From the human T2T-CHM13v2.0 reference genome, Homo sapiens: a DNA stretch of 64,000 nt. The notes beneath the pieces were generated by a model. That model saw nothing but the letters and a program-made list of their open reading frames with translations. It was not told the origin of the DNA and did no database searches. The DNA lies in assembly GCF_009914755.1 (NCBI RefSeq), contig NC_060931.1; one strand, given 5' to 3'. The position numbers and the translations under genes are program-made. Shown one piece after another: positions 1-12,599 of the stretch (within the stretch, counting starts at the first letter, position 1; the number at the start of each line of letters is the position of its first letter).

Positions 1-1149
1 AAAAGGCTGTGCTCTTATTTTCTGTCACTCTTTATATACTATCTAAATCTTACCACACAAACAACATTTAGCATGCAAGTTAAACAGATTTAAATTTAAG
101 CAAAATTGAGTGTCACCACATGTGCTTATGCCAGATCTGTATAATTCTTTTGAGGTTTTTGGAAACGTGAACCAAGCCATTTACGCTTCATAGGAACAGA
201 TTATATCATTTGAAATCCTCAATAAAAATGCAGTCTCATATTCTACAGATGGGTGTCATTTAATTAAAATATGTATTTAAAATGCAAAGGGCTACGTTAA
301 TTCCACACTGTGGCTGAGATTTTAATTGCACTCAAGTTAGGAAATTCGGAGTTAATGTTCCCCTGGCATCTCTCATTCAGCCTCTTAGAACAGATGTATT
401 GTGATCCAAAGAGGATTTCAATATGTTTTCACATGCTGCACATGTAGGAAGGGCTTTGAGATACAGGGTGGCAGCATGATAAAAACAGGAGTTGATCCCG
501 AGCAAAGGAAGGGAGTACCGCAGCCTGTGGCTGCCTTCCCTGTCCCCGCACTTCACCAGGTAGCCCTTGCTAATCACTCACGGCAGTTGTGCCTCGTCCC
601 ACTTCCCTAGATCAGGTATCACAGAAAGGTTGTTGGGGTGCTCCCATTTTTGTTTTGGTGGGGCAGAGGGGAGGCATCTGTAGTACTCAGAACTGTAAAA
701 ATGCTCATAAATTAAAAACTCAGTGAATGCTTTTTAGTTGTAGAGTACATTTTAGGGTATACATTAAGGGTTTAGGGTACACATCAGCCTCGCATAAGTA
801 CTGTTGTAATACACTAGAAAATCTATTCCACAGTGCAACACACACATTTTGAACCCTCAGGAATTTCTCTTTAGACCAAAGGCAGCCCGGAGGCAAAAGA
901 AACGCCAACACCTGAGGGTGTTTCTGACAAGGCAAGGAGTGAAAGGAAAGTGACAAATAGATGTTGTGGGCCTCAGAACCCCATGAAATAACTGCAGTGT
1001 GAAGGATTTGGGGGAAAGACTGGTTTTACGCTTAAATTATTAGAGAGTTATCCATGATATTAAAGTGTCAAAAAGGAAAGAATTGAGAATTCCCATGAAA
1101 GCAGAGAAGAACGTGAAATTGGCACTGAGTAAGAAAGTATATTGTCTTT

Positions 1150-1290
1150 TCATTCATTCTGTTACTTCAATCCTTTAAGCCTGCTCTGTGCCCAGGACTG
1201 TGTTAGGCATGGGGCATTCATCACTGACCATTAGATATGGTGTCACTTTGGGGATTACAACCTAATGGGGCCATTATCTACATAAGACAT
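1150..1290 (-). mobile_element. L2 3'-end fragment
   Basis: cattcattc...ctgtgcccaggactgtgttaggcatgggg matches the antisense L2 tail pattern. Confidence 0.45.
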
Positions 1291-1969
1291 GAGTTGAATT
1301 AATGCAGAGGCTTCTGTTTTATTTTTAACGTGGTTACCTAGGAAATACAGACAATTATGGAGAAAAGAAGAAAGGAGTAGTTCATCTTGAAAGGATGACT
1401 GTTAAGAATGTTAAGTACAGAAATAGGGACTTGTCTTATATATTTTATGAGAATGTTTTTATTATGTATGTATGCCCCTGTGAAATCTTTTTAATTAAAA
1501 TCTGCAAAGCTAGTATGAGGTAATATATGAGAAAGAACTTTAAGTTCTTAGAAAAATAGGCAGTGTGTAAGTCTTTGGGGAAGAAAGTAAACCCCAAACC
1601 TCCTTAGAAAAATCAGCAAAAGAACCAGTCATAGAATTCAGACCTCCTGGCTCCTTGTCCAGTTCGTTATGTCAGAGTCACAATTTTTTATATTGCAAAA
1701 CAAAGCCAGCTAAGTTGAAGAACCAACCATATTTTTCTCTTGAGTTTTTTTTTTCTTCTTCTTTCTATATACTTTAAGTTCTGGGATACATGTGCAGAAT
1801 GTGCAGGTTTGTTACCTAGGTATACACGGGCCATGGTGGTTTGCTGCACCCATCAACCGGTCATCTACATTAGGTATTTCTCCTAATGCTCTCCCTCCCC
1901 TAGCCCCCGACCTCCCGACAGGCCCCAGTGTGTGATGATCCCCTCCCTGTGTCCATGTGTTCTCATTGT

Positions 1970-4900
1970 TCAACTCCCGCTTATGAGTGAGAACATGCGG
2001 TGTTTGGTTTTCTGTTCCTGTGTTAGTTTGCTGAGAGTGATGGTTTCCAGCTTCATCCATGTCCCTGCAAAGGACATGAACTCATCCTTTTTTATGTCTG
2101 TGTAGTATTCCATGGTGTATATGTGCCACGTTTTTCTTTATCTAGTCTATCATTGATGGGCATTTGGGTTGGTTCCAAGCCTTTGCTATTGTGAACAGTG
2201 CTGTCATAAACATACATGTGCATGTATCTTTATAGTAGAATGAGTTATAATCCTTTGGATATCTACCCAGTAATGGAATTGCTGGGTCAAATGGTATTTC
2301 TGGTTCTAGATCTGTGAGGAATCGCCACACTGTCTTCCACAATGGTTGAACTAATTTACACTCCCACCAACAGTGTAAAAGCATTCCTATTTCTCCACAT
2401 CCCCTCCAGCATCTGTTGTTTCCTGACTTTTTAATGATTGCCATTGTAACTGGCGTGAGATGGTATCTCATTGTGATTTTGATTTGCTTTTCTCTAATGA
2501 CCAGTGATGATGAGCTTTTTTTCATCTGTTTGTTGGCTGCATGAATGTCTTCTTTTGAGAAGTGTCTATTCATATCCTTCACCCACATTTTGTTGGGATT
2601 GTTTGTTTTTTCTTGTAAATTTGTTTAAGTTCTTTGTAGATTCTGGATATTAACCCATTGTCAGATGGATAGATTGCAAAAATTGTCTCCCATTCTGTAG
2701 GTTGCCTGTTCACTCTGATGATAGTTTCTTTAGCTGTGCAGAAGCTCTTTAGTTTAATTAGATCCCATTTGTCAATTTGGCTGTTGTTGCCATTGCTTTT
2801 GGTGTTTTAGTCATGAAGTCTTTGCCAATGCCTATGTCCTGAATGGTATTGCCTAGGTTTTCTTCTAGGGTTTTTATGCTTTTAGGGCTTACATTTAAGT
2901 CTTTAATCCATCTTGACTTAATTTTTGTATAAGGTGTAAGGAAGAGGTCCAGTTTCAGTTTTCTGCATATGGCTGCCAGTTTTCCCAACATTTATTAAAT
3001 AGGGAATCCTTTCCCCATTGCTTGTTTTTGTCAGGTTGGTCAAAGATCAGATGGTTGTAGATGTGTGGTGTTATTTCTGAGGGCTCTGTTCTGTTCCGTT
3101 GGTCTATATCTCTGTTTTGGTATCGGTACCATGCTGTTTTGGTTACTGTAGCCTTGTAGTATAGTTTGAAGTCAGGTAGCATGATGCCTCCAGCTTTGTT
3201 CTTTTTGCTTAGGATTGTCTTGGCTATACGGGCTCTTTTTTGGTTGCATATGAAATTTAAAGTAGTTTTTTCTAATTCCATGAAGAAAGCCAATGGTATT
3301 TTGATGAGGATAGCATTGAATCTATGAATTACTTTGGGCAGTATGGCCATTTTCACAGTACTGATTCTTCCTATCCATAAGCACGGAATGTTTTTCCATT
3401 TGTTTGTGTCCTCTCTTATTTCCTTGAGCAGTGGTTTGTAGTTCTCTTTGAAGAGTTCCTTCACATCCCTTGTAAGTTTGATTCCTAGGTATTTTATTCT
3501 CTTTGCAGCAATTGTGAATGGAAGTTGACTCATGATTTGGCTCTCTGTTTGTCATTAATGGTGTATAGGAATGCTTGTGATTTTTGCACATTGATTTTTG
3601 TATCCTGAGACTTTGCTGAAGTTGCTTATCAGCTTAAGGAAATTCTGGGCTTGAGATGATGGGGTTTTCTAAATATACAATCATGTCATCTGCAGACAGA
3701 GATAATTTAACTTCCTCTCTTCCTATTTGAATATGCTTTATTTCTTTCTTTTGCCTGATTGCCCTGGCCAGAACTTCCAATACTATGTTGAATAGGAGTG
3801 GTGAGAGAGGGCATCCTTGTCTTGTGCCATTTTCAGAGGGAATGCTTCCAGCTTTTGCCTATTCAATATGATACTGGCTGTGAGTTTATCATAAATAGCT
3901 CTTACTATTTTGAGGTACGTTCCATCAGTACCTAGTTTATTGAGAGTTTTTAGCATGAAGAGATGTTGAATTTTATCGAAGGCTTTCCTGCATCTATTGA
4001 GATAATCATGTGGTTTTGGTCATTGGTTCTGTTTATGTGATGGATTATGTTTATTGATTTGCGTATGTTGAACCAGCCTTGCATCCCAGGGATGAAGCCA
4101 ACTCGATCATGGTGGATAAGCCTTTTGATGTGCTGCTGGATTCAGTTTGCCAGTATTTTATTGAGGATTTTCACATCAGTGTTCATCAGGGATATTGCCC
4201 TGAAATTTTGTTGTTGTTGTTATGTCTCTGTCAGGTTTGTGTATCAGGATGATGCTGGCCTCATAAAATGGGTTAGGGAGGAGTCCCTCTTTTTCTATTG
4301 TTTGGAATAGTTTCATAAGGAATGGCACCAGCTCCTTTTTGTACCTCTGGTGGAATTCAGCTGTGAATTCGTCTGGTCCTTGCTTTTTTTTGGTGGTAGG
4401 CTATTAATTACTGCCTCAATTTCAGAACTTGTTATAGGTCTATTCAGGGCTTTGACTTCTTCCTGGTTTAGTCTTGGGAGGGTGTATGTGTCCAGGAATT
4501 TATTCATTTCTTCTGGATTTTCTAGTTTATTCGCATAGAGGTGTTTATAGTATTCTTTGATGGTAATTTGTATTTCTGTGGGATCAGTGGTAATCTCCCC
4601 TTTATAATTTTTTATTGCATCTATTTGATTCTTCTCTTCTTCATTAGTCTGGCTAGCAGTCTATCTATTTTGTTAATCTTCTTAAAAAACCAGCTCCTGG
4701 ATTCACTGATTTTTTTTTGAAGTGTTTTTCGTCTCTCTGTCTCTTTCAATTCTGCTCTACTCTGATCTGAGTTATTTATTCTCTTCTGCTAGCTTTTGAA
4801 TTTGCTTACTCTTGCTTCTCTAGTTCTTTTAATTGTGATGTTAGGGTCTCAATTTTAGATCTTTCCCGCTTTCTCCTGTGGACATGTAGTGCTACAAATT

Positions 4901-5803
4901 TCCCTCTAAACACTGCTTTAGCTGTGTCTGAGAGATTCTGGTATGTTGTGTCTTTGTTCTCATTGGTTTCAAAGAACGTATTTATTTCTGCCTTCATTTT
5001 GTTATTTACCCAGTTGTCATTCAGGAGCAGGTTGTTTAGTTTCCATGAAGTTGTGTGGTTTTGAGTGTGTTTCTTAATCCTGAGTTCTAATTTGATTGCA
5101 CTGTGGTCCCAGAGACGGTTTGTTATGATTTCCGTTCTTTTGCATTTGCTGAGGCATGTTTTACTTCCAATTATGTGGTCAGTTTTTAGAATAAGTGCAG
5201 TGTGGTGCTGAGAATAATGTATATTCTGTTGACTTGGGATGGAGAGTTCTGTAGATGTCTATTAGGTCCACTTGGTCCAGAGCTGAGTTCAAGTCCTGGA
5301 TATCCTTGTTAATATTCTGTCTCGTTGATCTGTCTGATACTGATAGTGGGGTGTTAAAGTCTCCCACTATTATTGTGTGGGAGTCTAAGTCCCTTTGTAG
5401 GTCTCTAAGAACTTGCTTTATGAAATCTGGGTGCTCCTGTATTGGGTGCATATATATTTAGGATAGTTAGCTCTTCTTGTTGCATTAATCCCTTTAACCA
5501 TTATGTAATGTCCTTCTTTGTCTTTCTTGAATTTTGTTGGTTTAAAGTCTGTTTTATCTGAGACTATGATTGCAACCACTGCTTTTTTTTCTCTTTTTTT
5601 GCTTTCCATTTGCTTGGTAAATATTCCTCCATCCCTCTATTTTGAGCCTATGTGTGTCTTTGCATGTGAGATGGGTCTCCTGAATTCAGCACACCAATGG
5701 GTCTTGACTCTATCCAATTTGCCAGTCTGTGTCTTTTAAATGGGGCATTTAGCCCAGTTACATTTAAAGTTAACATTGTTATGTGTGAATTTGATCCTGT
5801 CAT
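1970..5803 (-). pseudogene. Disrupted L1 ORF2 (endonuclease/reverse transcriptase)
   Basis: ATGACAGGATCAAATTC start at 5803. Fragments in several frames ([30 protein letters not shown]) are separated by frameshifts and stops. Confidence 0.9.
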
Positions 5804-5866
5804 TATGATGCTAGCTGGTTATTTTGCCCATTAGTTGATGCAGTTTCTTCATAGTGTCAATGGTCT

Positions 5867-6890
5867 TTACAATTTGGTATGTTTTTGCAGTGGCTGGTAC
5901 CAGCTTTTCTTTTCCATATTTAGTACTTCCTTCAGGAACTCTTGTAAGGCAGGCCTGGTGGTGACAAAATCTCTCAACATTTGCTTGTCTGTAAAGGATT
6001 TTATTTCTCCTTCACTTATGAAGCTTAGTTTGGCTGGATATGAAATTCTGGGTTGAATTTTTTTTTTCTTTAAGAATGTTGAATATTGGCCCCCACTCTC
6101 TTCTGGCTTGTTGGGTTGCTGCGGAGAGATCCACTGTTAATCTGATGGGCTTCCCTTTGTGGGTAACCCGACCTTTCTTTCTGGCTACCCTTAACATTTT
6201 TCCTTCATTTCAACCTTGGTGAATCTGACAATTATGTGTCTTGGGGTTGCTCTTCTCGAGGAGTATCTTTGTGGTGTTCTCTGTATTTCCTGAATTTGAA
6301 TGTTGGCCTCTCTTGCTAGGCTGGGGAAGTTCTCCTGAATAATATCCTGAAGAGTGTTTTCCAACTTGGTTCCATTCTCCTTGTCACTTTCAGGTACACC
6401 AGTCAAACTTAGGTTAGGAGTTTTCACGTAGTGCCATATTTCTTAGAGGCTTTGATCGTTCCTTTTCATTTTTTTTCTCTAATCTTGGCTTCACGCTTTA
6501 TTTCATTAAGTTGATCTTCAGTCTCTGATATCCTTTCTTCCACTTGATTGATTCGGCTATTGCTACTTGTGTATTATTCACGAAGCTGTCATGCTGTGTT
6601 TTTCAGCTCCATCAGGTCGTTTCTGTTCTTCTCTAAACTGGTTATTCTAGTTAGCAATTCCTCTAACCTTTTTCAAGGTTCTTAGCTTCCTTGCATTGGG
6701 TTAGAACATGCTACTTTACCTTGGAGGAGTTTGTTATTACCCACCTTCTGAAGCCTACTTCTGTCAATTCGCCAAACTCATTCTCCATCCAGTTTTGTTC
6801 CCTTGCTGATGATGAGTTGTGATCCTTTGGAAGAGAAGAGGCATTCTTATTTTTGGAATTTTTAGCCTTTGTGTGCTGGTTTTTCCTCAT
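5867..6890 (-). pseudogene. Disrupted L1 ORF1 (RNA-binding chaperone)
   Basis: ATGAGGAAAAACCAG start at 6890. Fragments GVPESDKENGTKLENTLQDIIQENFP and TPRHIIVRFTKVEMKEK; frameshifted. Confidence 0.88.
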
Positions 6891-8233
6891 CTTCGTGGAT
6901 TTATCTACCTTGTTCTTGGATATTGGTGACCTTCTGGTGGGGTTTCTGTGTGGACGTCCTTTTTATTGATGTTGATGCTATTCTTTTCTGTTTGTTAGTT
7001 TCCCTTCTAACAGGCCGCTCTGCTGTAGGTCTGCTGGAGTTTGCTGGAAGTCCACTCCAGACCCTGTTTGCCTGGGTATCACCAGCGGAGGCTGCAGAAC
7101 AGCAAAGATTGCTGCCTGTTCCTTCCTCTGGAAGTTTTGTCCCAGAGGGGCACCTGCCAGATGCCAGCTGGAGCTCTCCTGTATGAGGTGTCTGTCGACC
7201 CCTGCTGGGAGGTATCTCCCAGTCAGGAGACACGGGGGTCAGGGACTCACTTGAGGAGGTAGTCTGACCCTTAGCAGAGCTTGAGTGCTGTGCTGGGAGA
7301 TCTGCTGCTCTCTTCAGAGCTGGCAGGCAGGAACATTTAAGTCTGCTGAACTTACAATTTTCCCACAGCTGCCCCTTCCCCCAGGTGCCCTGTCCCAGGG
7401 AGATGGGAGTTTTATCCATAAGCCCCTGACTGGGGCTGCTGCCTTTCTTTCAGAGATGCCCTGCCCAGGGAGGAGGAATCTAGAGAGGCAGTCTAGCTAC
7501 AGAGGCTTTGGGGCACTGTGGTGGTCTCCGTCCAGTTCAAACTTCCCAGTGGCTTTGTTTACACTGTGAGGGGAAAACTGCCTACTCAAGCCTCAGAAAT
7601 GGCAGACACCCCTCCCCCCACCAAGCTCAAGTGTCCCAGGTCGACTTCAGACTGCTATGCTGGCAGCGAGAATTTCAAGCTAGTGGATCTTAGCTTGCTG
7701 GGCTCCGTGGGGGTGGGATCCGCTGAGCTAGACCACTTGGCTCCCTGGCTTCAGCCCCCTTTCCAGGGGGGTGAATGGTTCTGTCTCGCTGGCATTCCAG
7801 GCACCACTGTGGTATGAAAAAAAAAATCCTGTAGCTAGCTCAGTGTCTGCCCAAATGGCTGCCCAGTTTTGTGCTTGAAACCCAGGGCCCTGGTGGTGTA
7901 GGCACCAGAGGGAATCTCCTGGTCTGCAGGTTGCAAAGACTGTGGAAAAAGCATAGTATCTGGGCCGGAATTCACTATACCTCACAGCACAGTCCCTCAC
8001 GGCTTCCCTTGGCTAGGGGAGGGAGTTCCCCGACTCCTTGCGCTTCCTGGTTGAGATGATGTCCCACCCTGCTTCTGCTCACCCTCCGTGGGCTGCATCC
8101 AGTGTCTAACCGGTCCCAATGAGATGAGCTGGTTACCTCAGTTGGAAATGCAGAAATCACCCACCTTCTGCGTTGATCTCGCTGGGAGCTACCAACCCGA
8201 GCTGTTCCTATTCAGCCATCTTGCCAGCCACCC
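6891..8233 (-). promoter_or_regulatory. L1 5'UTR with internal sense promoter (YY1 site intact) and antisense promoter region facing EXOC4 sense
   Basis: YY1 motif CAAGATGGC is intact (gccatcttg, 8215-8223) and the region is GC-rich. Bidirectional promoter activity is established for primate L1 5'UTRs but not shown for this copy. Confidence 0.6.
7599..7817 (+). other. L1 antisense ORF0-like frame, 72 aa
   Basis: gaaATGG Kozak context. MADTPPPTKLKCPRSTSDCYAGSENFK...SVGVGSAE resembles the ORF0 N-terminus as I recall it (MAGAPPPASLPPCSLISDCCASNQRDSVGVGPSE). Open to TGA at 7815-7817. Confidence 0.6.
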
Positions 8234-8754
8234 TTCTCTTGGGTTTTTAAACTTCACTGCTTCAAGATGGTGAGCTATAGAGTCACCAGGAAACTGCAGG
8301 TTCCAAATGGTTTCCCCCTGACCTGCCTTCCTTTTCTTCATCTACTGACTTCTCAGCCCTGAAAAATGATTCCCAAATTGCTTCTAAGTCTTTGAGAAAT
8401 GTCTTCTCAGTTAAAAACCCCCAGAGAAGCTGGTTAAAGACTGAAGAGAGAACCTCAGCCCTAACTGTAGTGCCTTCATGAGATATAGAGGTTATAAACT
8501 CCAGAGAAATGAAATACCATTATGTGCATCAGAGGCCCGGGCTTGACTTTCTGATTCTGCAAGGGTACAGAAGGTTTAGAGAACCTTGGCAAATGGAGGA
8601 AAACCTAATCATCAGGGTTAATGTGCAGGACTTGACGAGTAAGAGATTGATTTCTCTTTGTTACGAAGACCAGTAGGGCTTCAGAGTTGTTGGTTTTTTA
8701 AAAAAAATATTCCCAGCTCCTTGAACCTTGGCTCTTATAAGAAATGTGGGGAAA

Positions 8755-8759
<5 letters not shown>

Positions 8760-8835
<76 letters not shown>
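8760..8835. repeat. Compound microsatellite (TA)15(GA)n
   Basis: Read directly from the sequence. Confidence 0.95.
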
Positions 8836-8836
<1 letters not shown>

Positions 8837-9489
8837 TATGTATTCTATGTAAGAATATGTATTGTGTATTCTTATGAGAATATGTGAATATATATACACA
8901 TATATACATAAATATATTTTTTCTTATAGAATATTGTCTTACCTCTTATTTTTTATTAAATAGATTTTTCTATCAAGAGGTGAATTTTCTTAAGGCAGGA
9001 TGTTTGCAGAAACTAATGGAAAACAAACCTTTTTTAAAGGAGTAATTGCCTCCTTAAAAGTGCTGATTTCCATGTGAAATTTATGCCTTCTTCCAGAGGC
9101 AGTGAGGAGTACCCCAGGCAGTTCGAAGGAGACAATTCATTACTGGTTAGTGTACACACACCAAGAAGGACATTAATTCACAAAATGAAAAACTAATAGA
9201 GTGTTTAGCTGACTCTTTATCACCAGTGGCAGTCTGCACTGTCTCTCCATCATTAGTGTTTACTGAGCTGATGGAGACCGCAGTCAGGCCTGCTTATCAC
9301 AGCTCATCTTAGATGACTTTACATCACTTTCAGAGCTACATTGGGCATCCCTCCTCACTTCTTTGAAATGAGGAATCCAGGGGTCTCAAGGAAGCTATGA
9401 AGTTATTGTGTCCATTTTTAAATTTTCTTCCCATTCTCTTTGACTTTCTGATACATCCCAAGCAAAAACTCTAGCCCTGTACATTGGTA

Positions 9490-9640
9490 CCTTACGCTGT
9501 AGTCATCCCACAGCCACTTTCTGAGCTAATTAGAAAACTACCATCTTTACTCCTGTTTTACAGATGTAAAAACTGAAGTATAAAAGGTATGAACCATCTT
9601 TAACCAATGAGAGAGCTGGGATATTAACCTGAGAGCTACA
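9490..9640 (-). mobile_element. MIR fragment
   Basis: MIR core ttttacagatgtaaaaactgaag. Confidence 0.55.
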
Positions 9641-10474
9641 TTACTTTTTATTAAACTAACAAGAAATTTTACCCTGCTTCTTTTTCTCCTTCTTACATTC
9701 ATTATTTTCCATTTTTTCAATACCCCTCATGTAAATGATTAGTCTGTCCACTATATTTATGATTTCTACTTTCTCATGTGACAGAAAAATTTTTACCAAT
9801 CCGTCATCTGAAGTACAAAGCAAAGGTGTCTTTTCTTCTGAAAATGTGTTTCAGTGATTCTTGGACATACTTTAACTTTCTGGATTAGGGAGTTCGTTAC
9901 TTATCTTCCTTATCTTTTAAGTTGTTTTCTTAACTAATACAAATAGGTATAATGACATTATAACAAACTTAAAATATCAGAATTGCTTTATTAAGTTCAA
10001 AGTAAATTTGAAAATATAGTGTGGTAGGAATATGCAAAGAGAGGATCATTTACATATCTTTATATTGAAATAAAGCAATGCTTAGATAAATATTGCAAAT
10101 ACAAAACCCCAGAAATTTTCACTGTCTGCATTAGAGAATTTTTTGGTAATTTTGTGTGTTGTGGGTTTTTTGAGTTATAGAGCATGAGGAAGTGCTGAAA
10201 GTGGTCTCACTTGGAAAAGGAAATTTGGCTTCCCTGTTTTTGCCTTTGATCTCTGACTTCCATATTATATTCCCTGGGTCTGTCCCCTGTGTCACTCTCC
10301 ATCTTCTCCAGTAGGCATCCCCTGCTGAGGGAACAGACAGATACATAGTCAATCAGCTGGGTAGCCATAACTGTTACACACATAGACAGGGATTCATACA
10401 TCATGTGTTCTGGGGAATTTTTCCAACAGAAATTAAATCAGTGGTGCACTATCTTATGGGGACATTAGAGAAGA

Positions 10475-11189
10475 TATTCATTTATTCAGGAAGTATTTGT
10501 GGATAGTTCAGTTTAACAAATAACACAGTACCAGCTCTGTCCCTAGGCTACAGGGACATGGATAAACAAGACCCAGCCTCTGCCTACAGGGAGTTTAAAA
10601 GTCGTGGAAAATACAGGCATGAAAGTAATCACCCCATAATATGATTCGGCGACCATGGAAAAAGCACAACATATAATTGGAATATATGATGTATACATCT
10701 TAAGGGGAATGTAAGTATCAAGGAAGGCATTCTGGAGAAGATGGCACCTGATCTGTGTCTTGAAGGGTAAATAGTAATAAGCCAGACAAAGAGGGGTTAT
10801 TTATTATGTTAAATTGTTATTACATTATAGAAGTCACATTATGGAGGGTAAACTAAGTGAAAGGAAAGAAAAGGCTATGAAGTGGAAGAAAATATGGTGA
10901 GTTCAGAGTAATTCACATATTCAGTAGGGCTACATTGCAGGGCTTACTATAGGGGAGCAGCAAGAAGTAACGAAGCTAGAGAGGTAGGCAAGGTCAGTTG
11001 AGATTTTATGTGGAGGACAATGTCAAGCTATTGAAAGATTTTAGACTAAAAGAGACATGATCAGATGGTGTTTTGGAATTATTTCTCCAGTAAGAATACA
11101 GGGTAATGAATTGGAAAAGAATAATTCTTAAGGTAAGAGATTATTTAGAAACCTGATGCATTAACATGGATGATAGATGGCAAAAGATT
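10475..11189 (-). mobile_element. L2 fragment (continues briefly after the MST LTR)
   Basis: attcatttattcag tail followed by degenerate purine-rich L2 body. Confidence 0.6.
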
Positions 11190-11568
11190 TGTCTTAGTCT
11201 GTTTTGTGCTGCTATAACACAATACCTGAGGCTGGCTAGTTTATAAAGAACAGAGATTTATTTCTTATAGTTCTGGAGGATGGGAAGTCCCAAATTGAGG
11301 GGCCTGCATCTGGCAAGTGCATTCCTATTGCATCACCCCCTGGTGGAAGGGGGAAGGCAGAAGATGAAAAGGCAAGAGAAAAAGGGACGGGGCCGCAAAC
11401 TCAGCCTTTTCATAACTAACCCACTCCTGCTATGATGGCCTTAATCCATTCATGAGGGTAGAACCCTCAGGCCTAGTCACCTCTTTAAGGTCCCACCTCT
11501 TAACATTGTTGCATTGGGGATTAAGTTTTCAGCCCATGCTTTTTGAGGGACACGTTTAAACCATAGCA
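11190..11568 (-). mobile_element. MaLR solo LTR, MST family (MSTB/C/D-like)
   Basis: Termini tgtcttagtctgttttgtgctgctataaca ... aaaccatagca are typical of reverse MST LTRs. Confidence 0.85.
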
Positions 11569-12599
11569 GACTATACCAAGGCAGAGATAGTGGGGTTGGA
11601 TTCAAGAGATATTAAGAAAGAATGATATAGGGAGTACAGGAAACGGGCATCAAAAGTGTTTCCAAGTTCTTTGTCTGTACTAGTCACACTGTGGCTATAT
11701 TAAGCACTGTGCTAGGATGCAGAATCATCTATGCCAAATAGAACCATATGTTAAAATGACATTTATTAAAATGAAACTTGACCTGCACATCACAGATGTG
11801 TATTACAGCTTAATTCTAAATACAAACAACTAAAGAAAACTATCCAAATTATTTAGTTGAACTAGAACTTTATACAGTTTTCCTTAGGATATACTGTTGA
11901 TTCATAGAAATCTCTTCCAGTATAAAGATATTTGTAGTAATATTATTTGATCGGTAGTACACAAATCTAATCTTAGATATTATTCTCCAGACATACCTAC
12001 TAGAAGCAGCAACATGGACTCACTTGAATGGCATTTTGTTCGTGCCCTGTATTTGTCCCATTCGGGAGATAGAGTGAAAGAAGAGTTCTGTTTTGGGGTT
12101 AACAGGCAGAATTATAAGCAGCTAAGCAACCTAAAATAGTTCAAAACACAAAGGCAAGGAAGGTGATTCTCACCCTAAGCAATAAGCTTTTGAATGTCCC
12201 TAAAGTAACTCAGCTTGTTAGTAGTCATTGTGAATGGTTTAATGAAAGTAAAAGTTGATGGTACTAACTGAAATAAAATTATGGAATTCTTGTGTAAGTT
12301 TCACTGAGAATTGAATCTATTGATTTTGCAAGTAGTAATCAACATCTTTGCTCTGTGTATAATGCTTTCACCCCAAATTATGGCAAAGTACCAGATGGAC
12401 CATTTGCAGCAACTAAGTAAATTCAAGCGCTGTTTAAATTCCTATACCTTTTTTTTTTTGAGTTCTGTATCGCATATGGAGGAAAGCACAAATATTTATT
12501 CACCATCCTTGTTTATAAGTACAGTGTGGGAAATATTTTGTGGAAATTCACCTCTCTGAGAAGTTAGAAAAAATATTCAAATGAAGATTAAAATAAGTG

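Larger units (their letters stand above)
1750..8233 (-). mobile_element. Full-length (~6.5 kb) LINE-1, L1PA7-like, antisense to EXOC4
   Basis: Poly(T) tail at ~1745-1770, L1 3'UTR, ORF2 and ORF1 peptides on the - strand, and 5' end GGGTGGCTGGCAAGATGGC (reverse complement, ends 8233). 15-bp TSD ttctcttg(a/g)gttttt at 1735-1749 and 8234-8248, with a TT/AAAAA endonuclease site. Confidence 0.95.

Noticed and set aside
749-778. Two TTAGGG plus one TAAGGG
   Set aside because: Too few and non-contiguous to be an interstitial telomeric array.
2142-6427. Long minus-strand ORFs (up to 192 aa)
   Set aside because: Frameshifted fragments of L1 ORF1/ORF2; not a gene or an active element.
6901-7419. 172-aa minus-strand ORF
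   Set aside because: Lies in the GC-rich L1 5'UTR with no recognisable protein and is explained by composition.
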